From the IMG/VR virus record IMGVR_UViG_3300047157_000165: a DNA stretch of 64,000 nucleotides, one strand, 5' to 3'. Below, piece by piece: positions 31,675-41,066 of the stretch. The position numbers and the translations under genes are program-made. Position 1 is the first letter of the stretch; the number at the start of each line of letters is the position of its first letter. The notes beneath the pieces were generated by a model. That model searched no databases and was not told where the DNA came from. It was given only the letters and a program-made list of their open reading frames with translations. Origin of the DNA: an uncultured virus (IMG/VR IMGVR_UViG_3300047157_000165) (lineage: Duplodnaviria; Heunggongvirae; Uroviricota; Caudoviricetes).

Positions 31675-31709
31675 ATAAATGTAACTAATTAATACTAAAT
31701 ATATATACT

Positions 31710-31943
31710 ATGAAAAATTCTATTATTAAAACAAAAAGATTTGTAATCAGAAAATCTTTACTTGGCAAGAACTCAATTATCCAATTTACTAACAAAGAAG
31801 GTAAGTCTTTCAAGTACAATCATGATGAAGTGTACAAAGTAAACAAAAAGCATTTTGATTCTATGAAGTGTTTTGAAAAGTACAAATCATACACTGCTAC
31901 TAATAACATGCCAACCTTTGCTAGAGATCTAGTAATCAAATAG
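31710..31943 (+). CDS. Early hypothetical protein, paralogue B
   Basis: TKRFVIRKSLLGKN...KYKSYTATNNMPTFARD. Confidence 0.75.
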   Translation: MKNSIIKTKRFVIRKSLLGKNSIIQFTNKEGKSFKYNHDEVYKVNKKHFDSMKCFEKYKSYTATNNMPTFARDLVIK

Positions 31944-32012
31944 CAATAGTAACTGTACTGCTCCGCTTTGCGGAGTATGTATAGCAAAACGGCAGAGCGA
32001 AGCAAAGAATAG

Positions 32013-32058
32013 TGTGACACTAGCCACTAATATACCTTATTATACTGCCTTATGTCAC
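32013..32058. promoter_or_regulatory. Spaced inverted repeat site A
   Basis: TGTGACA...TGTCAC; related site at 38441-38490. Confidence 0.5.
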
Positions 32059-32142
32059 CTTTTTTCAATAATCTCACATCATCAGGCGGAGCTTTATACC
32101 TCCTAATACCTCTACTACACTTAAATAAACAATCCACCTTTG

Positions 32143-32171
32143 CAGACATAATACACAGGTAATCATATAAT
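32143..32171 (+). promoter_or_regulatory. Early promoter-like motif, copy 3
   Basis: CAGAC-ataat-ACAC-aggtaatca-TATAAT. Confidence 0.65.
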
Positions 32172-32199
32172 ATATATAACTAATCTTAATTAACATACT

Positions 32200-32412
32200 A
32201 TGATAATAAAAAAGTCCAGTAAATCTAAAAAACCATTCATTAAATTCAATCACACTCGTCACTTTGGTTTCCAAATTGGTAAGTTACCTAAAAGACTATG
32301 TGATGCGGAGTCTAACAACCCTATTCACTCGTGGTTTAATTATAAAGGCCTCACGTTTATCAGTGAACAGAACTTTATTAATCCTATTACTAACAAGTTA
32401 ACAATAGAATAA
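32200..32412 (+). CDS. Early hypothetical protein
   Basis: ORF directly after promoter motif. Confidence 0.6.
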   Translation: MIIKKSSKSKKPFIKFNHTRHFGFQIGKLPKRLCDAESNNPIHSWFNYKGLTFISEQNFINPITNKLTIE

Positions 32413-32680
32413 TACTATGATAAATCCATTAATAGAACGAGAAATAATTAGAGTTAAAGCATTTTCTAAATTTATAAGTGCTCATGAACTAACTGAAGAA
32501 CAGTTAAAAGACAAAGAATATATAAATGACTTATATAATAACTTCAAAGAAAACTTAATACCATGAAATATATATCACCAATTACAGGTAAAGAAGTATC
32601 AAAGAAACAATACTTTGAGATAATGTTTGGTAAAGATTTTATACAAAGTAATAATAAAGGAACTTTAATAGAATATAATT

Positions 32681-32899
32681 ATGAGAAATGAAATTAAATT
32701 ATTAAGAGAAATAAAAGAAACTGTATCAGTGGATCCAGTAACTTATACTGAATTCTACGATTTATCAGGTAATGAATTTATATATGAGGATGGTGTCTTA
32801 AAAGATATATTAATAGGTGAAAAACACATACATATCTTTCACGAAGGTGATATAGAAATAGATGAATCTAATAAAGATTTGACTGTTGTAAGAGTATAA
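32681..32899 (+). CDS. Early hypothetical protein
   Basis: 72-aa ORF in a dense run of small genes. Confidence 0.55.
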   Translation: MRNEIKLLREIKETVSVDPVTYTEFYDLSGNEFIYEDGVLKDILIGEKHIHIFHEGDIEIDESNKDLTVVRV

Positions 32900-32904
32900 A
32901 ATTA

Positions 32905-32933
32905 CAGACATATAACAAGAGTAATAATATAAT
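32905..32933 (+). promoter_or_regulatory. Early promoter-like motif, copy 4
   Basis: CAGAC-atata-ACAA-gagtaataa-TATAAT. Confidence 0.65.
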
Positions 32934-32950
32934 AAATAAAAATAATAATT

Positions 32951-33136
32951 ATGTTAATCAAGAAAAAAATAGTAAATGAGTGTACAGATACTATAATCGA
33001 TAGTATTTATGAGAATCTAACTGAGTACATGTTTCAGTATGGTAATTATTCAGAAACTGATGACAAGTTTTCAAAAGACCATAGTAATTATATGAAAGCA
33101 GTTATCAAAGAGTTATATAAAAGAATAAAAAAATGA
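32951..33136 (+). CDS. Early hypothetical protein
   Basis: ORF after promoter motif. Confidence 0.55.
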   Translation: MLIKKKIVNECTDTIIDSIYENLTEYMFQYGNYSETDDKFSKDHSNYMKAVIKELYKRIKK

Positions 33137-33254
33137 AAGAATTATTAGAAGAAATATACTTTCATATTAAAATGTTACAAGATGGTAATATAGATAATGA
33201 TGATTTTAGTAATGCAATAGAACAAGTGTGGGAACACTATTATTATAATAAATT

Positions 33255-33422
33255 ATGAAATATAAAATGAGTGACTATAAATTAGTAGATATAATACTAA
33301 AGATAGTTTTAATAGGTTTAGCGATAATGTGGGTGTTAGGTGTGGTTCAGTTATTTTACCACCTTATAACTAATCCATCAGCTCTAGATAATGCAACGTT
33401 TGGAATCTTTGATACAATATAA
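33255..33422 (+). CDS. Small membrane protein
   Basis: Manual: MKYKMSDYKLVDIILKIVLIGLAIMWVLGVVQLFYHLITNPSALDNATFGIFDTI. Confidence 0.55.
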   Translation: MKYKMSDYKLVDIILKIVLIGLAIMWVLGVVQLFYHLITNPSALDNATFGIFDTI

Positions 33423-33423
33423 T

Positions 33424-33543
33424 ATGGAAAAATGTAAATTCTGTGGTGGTTATGATTTAACTTATCATCAATACTTTATAATGGATTCTGTTTGCTCTGA
33501 ATGTGGCGAGTGGCAGGACGGTAATACAATACAATATGAATAG
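33424..33543 (+). CDS. Zn-ribbon microprotein
   Basis: Manual: MEKCKFCGGYDL...CSECGEWQD. Confidence 0.55.
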   Translation: MEKCKFCGGYDLTYHQYFIMDSVCSECGEWQDGNTIQYE

Positions 33544-33769
33544 TTGTGGATTTTGTGGTGGCTATGAATTAATTTATAGTTGTCCAGAGTGTGGAGATCT
33601 TAAAAAACAAGATGTGTTTTCATTAGATTGCTCTTATTTTAATAAAAACTTTACATCTATTGCTGATCTTATAGAGTATATAACAGTTAATGGTATGGAT
33701 CCAAACTATGAAATAACTAAAAATGGTAAACACACATATCAAAAAGCAATAAACTTAATACAATTTTAA
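33536..33769 (+). CDS. Hypothetical protein with N-terminal Zn ribbon
   Basis: MNSCGFCGGYELIYSCPECG. Confidence 0.55.
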   Translation: MNSCGFCGGYELIYSCPECGDLKKQDVFSLDCSYFNKNFTSIADLIEYITVNGMDPNYEITKNGKHTYQKAINLIQF

Positions 33770-34051
33770 ATGGAAGAGTATACTAAAAAACACGAGCATA
33801 GGGGCATAGATTTTTATTATTTAGAGTGGAAAACTTGGAATGATAAAGACGCTAATGGTTACATATGTAAAAATGAAAGGTTGTTAAGTGGTTTAAACTT
33901 AGTACAGTTTGGCATGCCTACAAAATACTTAATGAAACAAAAGATTAATGACTTACTTGATTACAAGCATAAGTATTTAGAAGATCAAGAGCAATATGAT
34001 AAAGCAGCTGAAGAATATATGAGTAAAATAGGTACTAAAGGTGATGGTTAA
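33770..34051 (+). CDS. Early hypothetical protein
   Basis: 93-aa ORF abutting upstream stop. Confidence 0.6.
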   Translation: MEEYTKKHEHRGIDFYYLEWKTWNDKDANGYICKNERLLSGLNLVQFGMPTKYLMKQKINDLLDYKHKYLEDQEQYDKAAEEYMSKIGTKGDG

Positions 34052-34053
34052 TA

Positions 34054-34082
34054 CAAACACAAAACGACACTACAAATATAAT
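34054..34082 (+). promoter_or_regulatory. Early promoter-like motif, copy 5
   Basis: CAAAC-acaaa-ACGA-cactacaaa-TATAAT. Confidence 0.65.
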
Positions 34083-34116
34083 ATAATAAATTGTTTAACT
34101 TAAATATAATACTATT

Positions 34117-34416
34117 ATGACTAAATCAGAATTACAAATTTCGCATTACAGAGAAGTTCAAGACATTATAGATCGTTTTCAAAACGGCAACTTTAACCTA
34201 TACTCATTAGAGTGGAAGTTAGATGATTTATATCTTGAAGCTTTAAAAAACAACATAGCACTGCAAGATGTAGATGTTATTGTAGAGGTTTATAAAATTA
34301 AATCTTTAGCAAACGCTAGAAACAAACTAGAAGAAACTACAGAAGAAATAGTTGATGATACTATTACTGATGCTTTATTAACTAATACAATAGATATAAT
34401 ATCTGGTACGGAATGA
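34117..34416 (+). CDS. Early hypothetical protein
   Basis: ORF after promoter motif. Confidence 0.6.
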   Translation: MTKSELQISHYREVQDIIDRFQNGNFNLYSLEWKLDDLYLEALKNNIALQDVDVIVEVYKIKSLANARNKLEETTEEIVDDTITDALLTNTIDIISGTE

Positions 34417-34637
34417 AGCTAATAAATGTAACAACACACGGTAGTTTACAGTTTAGACTAGATGACAATAGAATAGCTGTATCATGTAATAGTGGGTATA
34501 TAAGAATAAATACCCACCATCACAATATGTTTAATGGTTTAAAAGTTTTCTATCAAATGAGAAAACAAAAAATAATGTGTCCAAGAAAAAGATACAAGTT
34601 TATAAAAGATTTTAATTCTAGGATATGTACAAAGTAA
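34413..34637 (+). CDS. Early hypothetical protein
   Basis: ATGA overlap with upstream ORF. Confidence 0.55.
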   Translation: MKLINVTTHGSLQFRLDDNRIAVSCNSGYIRINTHHHNMFNGLKVFYQMRKQKIMCPRKRYKFIKDFNSRICTK

Positions 34638-34783
34638 GAACAGTAGACATATATAAATGTGAAATGTGCAAGGGAGGTATGACATCAGAAGAATATTTCT
34701 TTTGTGATATATGCCCTGAATGTTTAGATTATGATGAGTACGAAGAAACAAACGAAAGTGTGTATAGCAACGGCGGACAATAA
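34625..34783 (+). CDS. Zn-finger microprotein
   Basis: Manual: MYKVRTVDIYKCEMCKGGMTSEEYFFCDICPECLDY... Confidence 0.5.
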   Translation: MYKVRTVDIYKCEMCKGGMTSEEYFFCDICPECLDYDEYEETNESVYSNGGQ

Positions 34784-34785
34784 TA

Positions 34786-34814
34786 CAGACAGACAACAAA
34801 CAAGTAAGTATAAT
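34786..34814 (+). promoter_or_regulatory. Early promoter-like motif, copy 6
   Basis: CAGAC-agaca-ACAA-acaagtaag-TATAAT. Confidence 0.65.
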
Positions 34815-34830
34815 ATAATAAATAAAAAAT

Positions 34831-35220
34831 ATGAAATTAAAAGTTCTAAAAAATGGCGACGAATTTTATATCGGCGGCACACACAAGTTAGCATCTCTTT
34901 ACAATGTACGTTATATTGATTTAGTTGATGCATTAGGTGAACCTACATTACCTAACAAAACACCAGATAATAAAACGCAAGTTTGTTGGGTGTTAGAGTA
35001 TGACAACAACCTGTATACTATTTATGATTACAGAATGAGTGACAGAGAGTTTGTGTTAAAACATAATAAAATGTGGTCTATTGGTGGTAGAAAAAGATTA
35101 CCACTTGAGGTTGAAGATAAATTAATAAATAAAATTAAAAAAGGTCAAATTGGCGGTTTATTTATGCATCACGATTTAAAATGGTATGCACAAGATTTAC
35201 AAAGCCAAAAAGTAACATAG
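34831..35220 (+). CDS. Early hypothetical protein
   Basis: 129 aa; LVDALGEP...KTQVCW...TIYDY...WSIGG. Confidence 0.65.
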   Translation: MKLKVLKNGDEFYIGGTHKLASLYNVRYIDLVDALGEPTLPNKTPDNKTQVCWVLEYDNNLYTIYDYRMSDREFVLKHNKMWSIGGRKRLPLEVEDKLINKIKKGQIGGLFMHHDLKWYAQDLQSQKVT

Positions 35221-35320
35221 TCAGACGAGTAGCTTAATTAGGTTCATTGAAGGTTTGGGATAGACGTTTTACGAAATCTCCTATAGAATAAAACTATGAA
35301 TACATAAGTGAATAGCTGGC

Positions 35321-35675
<355 letters not shown>

Positions 35676-35693
35676 AACATTAAACAATTAAAT

Positions 35694-35906
35694 ATGGCAA
35701 ATATGAGTTACTGCAGGTTTGAAAACACTGCAAAAGCATTACAAGACTGTGTAAACGCTATACAGGATAGAGAGATAGATAATTTAAGTGCTTACGAAGT
35801 AAGTGGCTTAGCGGAAATACAACTGCTTGCTATGGATATAGTAGCTTTACAAGACGAAATAGGTGAAATAATAGATAGTAATAAAGAAAGATATATTACA
35901 GATTAA
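35694..35906 (+). CDS. Hypothetical protein
   Basis: MANMSYCRFENTAKALQDC; ATG after AT-rich leader preferred over the track start at 35598. Confidence 0.65.
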   Translation: MANMSYCRFENTAKALQDCVNAIQDREIDNLSAYEVSGLAEIQLLAMDIVALQDEIGEIIDSNKERYITD

Positions 35907-35927
35907 TAACTTTAGTAAACATATAAT
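35899..35927 (+). promoter_or_regulatory. Early promoter-like motif, copy 7 (degenerate)
   Basis: CAGAT-taata-ACTT-tagtaaaca-TATAAT. Confidence 0.5.
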
Positions 35928-35933
35928 ATATAT

Positions 35934-36419
35934 ATGAATATATTTTATCTACATAATGACCCAGCAGAAGCGGCTAAACTACAATACAATAAACATGTAG
36001 TCAAAATGATTTTAGAATCAGCACAAATGTTATGTACAACACATCACGCACTTGGCAATGGACACAACGCGCCTTATAAGAAGGCTCACTTAAACCACCC
36101 GTCAACTATTTGGGTTAGAGAAAATGCTTTGCATTATGATTGGCTTTGGAACCATATGGTTGCTTTAGGCCGAGAGTATACTAAACGTTACGGTAAACAC
36201 CATTTGTCAATACAAAAAATGATAGACTATGAGATGTGGTCATATCCATATAATATACCTTATAAATCATTCGAAGAACCTCCTCAGTGTATGCCTGATC
36301 AGTACAAACACAAAAGTGCTATACACGCTTATTGGCAGTATTATATTGCAGAAAAAAGTAATATAGCCCACGAATCAGAAAATGTATATGAAAGTATACC
36401 AAGCTTTATACAGACATAA
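35934..36419 (+). CDS. Pyrimidine-dimer DNA glycosylase-like protein
   Basis: MNIFYL...KHVVKMILESAQML...HLNHPSTIW...EYTKRYGKHH. Confidence 0.75.
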   Translation: MNIFYLHNDPAEAAKLQYNKHVVKMILESAQMLCTTHHALGNGHNAPYKKAHLNHPSTIWVRENALHYDWLWNHMVALGREYTKRYGKHHLSIQKMIDYEMWSYPYNIPYKSFEEPPQCMPDQYKHKSAIHAYWQYYIAEKSNIAHESENVYESIPSFIQT

Positions 36420-36439
36420 AACAAACAAAGACATATAAT
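36411..36439 (+). promoter_or_regulatory. Early promoter-like motif, copy 8
   Basis: CAGAC-ataaa-ACAA-acaaagaca-TATAAT. Confidence 0.65.
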
Positions 36440-36445
36440 AACATT

Positions 36446-36634
36446 ATGAATATTGAACCAATAGATGCTGAAAGTATCAGACGAGCTTTTTTAGAAGTTA
36501 ATACAACTTCGGAGTATATTTTTAACGAATATATATCGAGTGGTGTTAGTGACAAAAGGCTGTTAAACTATCTTGAATTAACATGTGATAACTTACAAGA
36601 GTTATTATTTACAATACAGAAAAAATATGAATAA
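36446..36634 (+). CDS. Hypothetical protein
   Basis: ORF after promoter motif. Confidence 0.55.
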   Translation: MNIEPIDAESIRRAFLEVNTTSEYIFNEYISSGVSDKRLLNYLELTCDNLQELLFTIQKKYE

Positions 36635-36977
36635 TAAAGACAAAGTATTAAAACATTATGGTGCAAACATTACAGATGTTTGGAATAATGTAGATCATGT
36701 AGACATGGTATTTGAATCTGTGTACACTGCAGATAGTTATAATGTTTACTGGATGCACGAGCCTAGTGACATGGCTTTTAACCCTGAAAGTATATTTTAT
36801 TATGCAAGTAGTTGTTCTGATGATATAAAAAACTGTATTAAAGATGGTTTAAGCTTATTTGTTGATTCAGAAATATATGATGAGTGTTACTTTGATGATG
36901 AATTCGAAGATATGTGGGACGATATAAAAAACGAACGTGATTCATCATTTGTTTCATATCACGAAAACAAAAAATAA
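36627..36977 (+). CDS. Acidic hypothetical protein
   Basis: MNNKDKVLKHYG...; ATG overlapping upstream gene end. Confidence 0.55.
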   Translation: MNNKDKVLKHYGANITDVWNNVDHVDMVFESVYTADSYNVYWMHEPSDMAFNPESIFYYASSCSDDIKNCIKDGLSLFVDSEIYDECYFDDEFEDMWDDIKNERDSSFVSYHENKK

Positions 36978-37115
36978 TGTTGTTAGATGCAAAAAAATAT
37001 CAAATAGATCTGTTAATCAAAACAACTGAAATTGATCAAATCTGGGCCATGTATAAAGACCTAGGAGACCGAGAGTCGGTCGAATATATTGAAAATAAAT
37101 ATAAAATTAATTAAT

Positions 37116-37319
37116 ATGAGAAAATTTAGTAGGTACAAACAAAACTTATCAAGAGTTGGTAATAAAATATACTCTTACAGTACAAACGTAGCAACCGTTG
37201 AATACCCAAATTTAGTACAACACGGTTGGTGGAGTGTAACAACACAAAAACATATAAATTTCGTAGCAAGAGAATTAAACTTAAATATAACTAAAGATTA
37301 TGGACATCAAAACGATTAA
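37116..37319 (+). CDS. Hypothetical protein
   Basis: MRKFSRYKQNL...YSYSTNVA...WSVTTQKHIN. Confidence 0.6.
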   Translation: MRKFSRYKQNLSRVGNKIYSYSTNVATVEYPNLVQHGWWSVTTQKHINFVARELNLNITKDYGHQND

Positions 37320-37524
37320 AAACTTAACTCAAGAGACACAACCTTATTTTTTCGATGAAAAAACTATGCAATTTTTTAATCAAAAATTATCTGATTTTAC
37401 TATCGAACAACTAACATCAACAACATATTTAATATCTGCACCAACTTATTGGGACGGTCATTTGATGGGTTATACAAAAAGAGTATTTAATACGGAGACT
37501 AACGATTTAGAACAAACAGATTAA
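37300..37524 (+). CDS. Hypothetical protein
   Basis: 74-aa ORF with YFFDEKTMQFF. Confidence 0.6.
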   Translation: MDIKTIKNLTQETQPYFFDEKTMQFFNQKLSDFTIEQLTSTTYLISAPTYWDGHLMGYTKRVFNTETNDLEQTD

Positions 37525-37525
37525 A

Positions 37526-37711
37526 ATGGATTTAACATTAGAAGAACAAGATTATTATAAGTTATTAGATGAACTTCGTTTTGTTATAAGTGAAGTTAAA
37601 GACGAACAAATAACAAAAGATGAATTTATAGATACAATTGAAGATATTTATAAAGAAAATTATTATACAAATTATTTAAAGCTTGCTAAAAAAATACATA
37701 AAAATGTTTAA
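37526..37711 (+). CDS. Hypothetical protein
   Basis: 61-aa ORF in operon. Confidence 0.5.
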   Translation: MDLTLEEQDYYKLLDELRFVISEVKDEQITKDEFIDTIEDIYKENYYTNYLKLAKKIHKNV

Positions 37712-38054
37712 AGCTCTCTATATAGTACTGATAATCAGTGAGTTAGTTACAGCAACTATATATCACGCTGTACCAGGTCAAACTGATGACACACCTTTTG
37801 TTACAGCTAGTAACTCTAAAATAAATCCTGAAAATCCACAGGGCCATAGGTGGATAGCTGTTTCAAGAGATCTTGAAGCTTTAGGTTACACGTTTGGAAC
37901 AAAGGTTTGTATTGAAGGCACAGGCGTTTTTGATGGTGATTGGACTGTTCAAGACCGTATGAATAAGAGGTGGAAAAAACGTATTGATTTTTTAGTAAAT
38001 GAAGAAATAAAATATGGTAAATGGCAAAATGTAATAATAGAAATAGTATATTAG
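37704..38054 (+). CDS. 3D-domain (MltA-like) protein
   Basis: ATIYH...TAS...IAVSRDL...FGTKV...VQDRM...RIDFL; hydrophobic N-terminus. Confidence 0.7.
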   Translation: MFKALYIVLIISELVTATIYHAVPGQTDDTPFVTASNSKINPENPQGHRWIAVSRDLEALGYTFGTKVCIEGTGVFDGDWTVQDRMNKRWKKRIDFLVNEEIKYGKWQNVIIEIVY

Positions 38055-38074
38055 CGTGTATAGCAAACGCGATA

Positions 38075-38103
38075 CAGACTAAAAACGACACATTTTGGAT
38101 AAT
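38075..38103 (+). promoter_or_regulatory. Early promoter-like motif, copy 9
   Basis: CAGAC-taaaa-ACGA-cacattttg-GATAAT. Confidence 0.6.
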
Positions 38104-38343
38104 ATAAATGATGATAAATTAGATAAATTAGCTGAACTAATAATTAGTAAATTATTTGAAAAACAAAACCAATGGTATTTGATTGCTGAAAGAGAAGATC
38201 AATTATTAGGTGAGTTAGCTAGGTTACATACTATTATGGCTATTCATGAAGAAAATGAAGAATATATGAAGGCTGCGGTAATTAAAAATAAAATCGATAT
38301 TTTAGAATATCGTATTGATAAGTTAAACGGAATCAAAGATTGA
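38095..38343 (+). CDS. Hypothetical protein with UvrB/C-like coiled motif
   Basis: ENEEYMKAAVIKNKI; start uncertain. Confidence 0.45.
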   Translation: MDNINDDKLDKLAELIISKLFEKQNQWYLIAEREDQLLGELARLHTIMAIHEENEEYMKAAVIKNKIDILEYRIDKLNGIKD

Positions 38344-38440
38344 TATAATTTTTTCATAGGGATTATATTTTAGATTAGTTGTTTAGTTTTGGTTATACAC
38401 GTATTGAGGGTTTCAAAATCTTTGACTCAATACAAACCAA

Positions 38441-38490
38441 AATGTGACAATAGGGAATAAGATAATAATAATACAGGCTAATGTCACATT
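38441..38490. promoter_or_regulatory. Spaced inverted repeat site B overlapping HTH gene start
   Basis: AATGTGACA...TGTCACATT perfect 9-bp arms. Confidence 0.55.
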
Positions 38491-39125
38491 TGAGAATGAA
38501 TTTTTTGTTTTCAAACAGAGTAATTACTAGAAGGTATCCTGTTTTTGATAAACCATCACATGTATTTGATTGGGGTTGGTTTTATGAAAAAGGTACATAC
38601 GAGTACTATTCTTTGTTTTCGTATGAAAAATCTATTATAAGAAGTTATAGATCATTAAAATGGCATTTGTTAGTTATAAAGTATTTAAATGAAGACATGA
38701 ATAATAAATTATTTGAAAAAATAGCAAAATATGTTTCAACTAAAAAAAATGGTTTTACAACATTTGATATTGACAAAAGTAGTTTTAATAGAATAATGAA
38801 TGAAATTTTAAATCATGATTATGAGTTTGCTCCTAAAAATAAAAGACGTAAAGTTATTTTTAAAGATGGTTGCGGTTTAACAAAAAATCAAAAATTAAGC
38901 ATAACAGGAAAATTAATAGGAAGAAAAAATAGTGTCAATAATAGTGACCTATATGAAATAATGTTATATATTCATGATACAAGTGAAAAAATAACAATTA
39001 AAAAGCTTGCAAAAGCTTTAAATGTTTCTTCAAGAACAATACATAGAAATATGGATTTAAACTTGAAAACAGAAAAAAACCTATTAAATGAAGAACTACA
39101 GCGTAGAAAATTATGTACGTTATAA
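38481..39125 (+). CDS. DNA-binding protein with C-terminal HTH
   Basis: ITIKKLAKALNVSSRTIHRN. Confidence 0.7.
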   Translation: MSHLRMNFLFSNRVITRRYPVFDKPSHVFDWGWFYEKGTYEYYSLFSYEKSIIRSYRSLKWHLLVIKYLNEDMNNKLFEKIAKYVSTKKNGFTTFDIDKSSFNRIMNEILNHDYEFAPKNKRRKVIFKDGCGLTKNQKLSITGKLIGRKNSVNNSDLYEIMLYIHDTSEKITIKKLAKALNVSSRTIHRNMDLNLKTEKNLLNEELQRRKLCTL

Positions 39126-39846
39126 AAAAGATTATAGCGTATGTGAATTAGAAGATAAACCTTGGATACAATATACAAGAGACGAATTAATTATAATACT
39201 TATGCCATACGCAGAAAAATTATGCAGACAGTTTTCAACAGCAGATAGAGCTTCGGGTGTAATGAGTATGTTAGATATTATGCAAGAAGCTTTTTATGGT
39301 TTAACTGCCGCTGTAGATAGAATTGATTGGTCTTTAATTATTAATAAAGATGTAGAAGAAGATGTTAGAAAACAAATTAAAGGTTTTGTTAAAAAAAGAA
39401 TTTTAGGCTCTGCAAGAAGGAATATAGATATGAATAGAGGTGATATTAGAATACCTGAACATAAATTAAATGAAATGAGACGTTCAGATGGTAGAGATAA
39501 AAAAATGATACAGATGTTTTTTAATTCAGTTTTTTTAAGCATGGATGATGACAATGATAAAAGAACAACAAATGATTTTGAAGACAAATCTATTTTGTAT
39601 AATATTAATATTCTTAATAAATATATATTATCTTTGATGAAACAACATTTAAACGATAAGGAGTATGATGTGTTACGCATGAGCTTCGGATTAGATTGTG
39701 ATAAAGTTCCTGCTAAAAAAATAGCTGAAGTTTTAGAAATAAAAGGTGTTGCTGATTTTGTTAGAGTTTCACAAATTAAAAGAGAAGCTATAGATAAGCT
39801 TATAGATAACATAGACCCTGATCAAATAATAGATTTTTTAAATTAA
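39088..39846 (+). CDS. Phage sigma70-family factor
   Basis: DIMQEAFYGLTAAVDR (region 2), DIRIP, LNDKEYDVLRMSFGL...IAEVL...RVSQIKREAIDKL (region 4). Confidence 0.8.
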   Translation: MKNYSVENYVRYKKDYSVCELEDKPWIQYTRDELIIILMPYAEKLCRQFSTADRASGVMSMLDIMQEAFYGLTAAVDRIDWSLIINKDVEEDVRKQIKGFVKKRILGSARRNIDMNRGDIRIPEHKLNEMRRSDGRDKKMIQMFFNSVFLSMDDDNDKRTTNDFEDKSILYNINILNKYILSLMKQHLNDKEYDVLRMSFGLDCDKVPAKKIAEVLEIKGVADFVRVSQIKREAIDKLIDNIDPDQIIDFLN

Positions 39847-39860
39847 TTAAATACTTATAT

Positions 39861-40304
39861 ATGAATACCCAAAAAACCAAACCCCAAATTTTAAATGAGT
39901 TATATAAAAAATATAACTTACACGACCAAGACACTTTTAAATCCCCTCAAGGTTGGACAATAATAACTAGGTCAGGAATAGACAAAATACAAGCTGTCGC
40001 AGACATAGATATTACATATAAACTTGAGGAATATACCCCAGGTAAATCCGCAGCAGTGTTAGCACACTCAGTGTGGAACAATAGAACTCTCGAAACTTTT
40101 GGCGAGGCTAATGAAAAAAATTGTAGACAAAGCTATGTTTTAGCTATGGCTGAAAAAAGAGCTATGTCACGTATTGTATTAAAACTTACTGGTTTTTATG
40201 CATTAGGTATTTTTGGCCAAGATGAATCTGAAGATTTTATTGACTCGTCAAAATATAAAAAAGTAGATGATAAAAAGTCTTATGTAAATAGAAACACATT
40301 ATGA
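39861..40304 (+). CDS. Putative ssDNA-annealing/recombination protein
   Basis: AMAEKRAMSRIVLKLTG; next to exonuclease. Confidence 0.45.
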   Translation: MNTQKTKPQILNELYKKYNLHDQDTFKSPQGWTIITRSGIDKIQAVADIDITYKLEEYTPGKSAAVLAHSVWNNRTLETFGEANEKNCRQSYVLAMAEKRAMSRIVLKLTGFYALGIFGQDESEDFIDSSKYKKVDDKKSYVNRNTL

Positions 40305-41056
40305 ATAAAAAACAACATAAAGAATGGTGTGAGCTTCTAAGAGAAGATAAATATTATTATGGAGATTTTGGTCAAAAGTTTTTAAGTTACAGTAAAATTG
40401 GTACGCTTTTAACTAACCCTAATAAATTTAACGAAACAACAGAAAAAAATGTAAATATGCTTATTGGAGGCTATTTACATACTGTTATACTAGAACCTGA
40501 AAAAGTTAAAAACTTTAAAATAATAGATGCATCAACTCGAAATAATAAATCATACAAAGAAATATCTGGAGGTGAACTTTGTTTATTACAACACGAAGCC
40601 GACAAAGTAGAATTATTAAGAGATGTTATGATGAGTAATGATGTATGTAAAGATCTTATACATGGTACAGGAAAAAATTCTAAAAACATTATTTATGAAG
40701 AACCAGGTATAGGAGAAATAAATGGCAACCTTTGGAAAGGTAAAGCCGATATATTAAATAAAAACGAAAAGCTTATCATTGATATTAAAACTACTTCCGA
40801 TATAGAAGGTTTTAAATATAGCGCTCGTAAATTCAATTACGACGCTCAAGCTTACATATATAGAATATTATTTGGTTATGATATGATGTTCTTAGCAATA
40901 GATAAAACAACATATAAAATTGGTATATTTGAATGTTCAGAAGATTTTTATAAATTTGGAGAAGACAAAGTTTTAAAAGCTACTGATATGTATAACTTAT
41001 TTTATAAAACAGAAGGATTTGATCCTTCACAATATTTCGAAACAAAAACCCTTTAA
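40301..41056 (+). CDS. PD-(D/E)XK RecE-like exonuclease
   Basis: GGYLHTVILEP, KGKADIL, IIDIKTT, YDAQAYIY. Confidence 0.8.
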   Translation: MNKKQHKEWCELLREDKYYYGDFGQKFLSYSKIGTLLTNPNKFNETTEKNVNMLIGGYLHTVILEPEKVKNFKIIDASTRNNKSYKEISGGELCLLQHEADKVELLRDVMMSNDVCKDLIHGTGKNSKNIIYEEPGIGEINGNLWKGKADILNKNEKLIIDIKTTSDIEGFKYSARKFNYDAQAYIYRILFGYDMMFLAIDKTTYKIGIFECSEDFYKFGEDKVLKATDMYNLFYKTEGFDPSQYFETKTL

Positions 41057-41066
41057 AATTTAAATT

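Noticed and set aside
31211..31680. Mini CRISPR array (17-bp repeats)
   Set aside because: Only two copies per site with 8-bp spacers and no cas genes; the repeats are promoter elements
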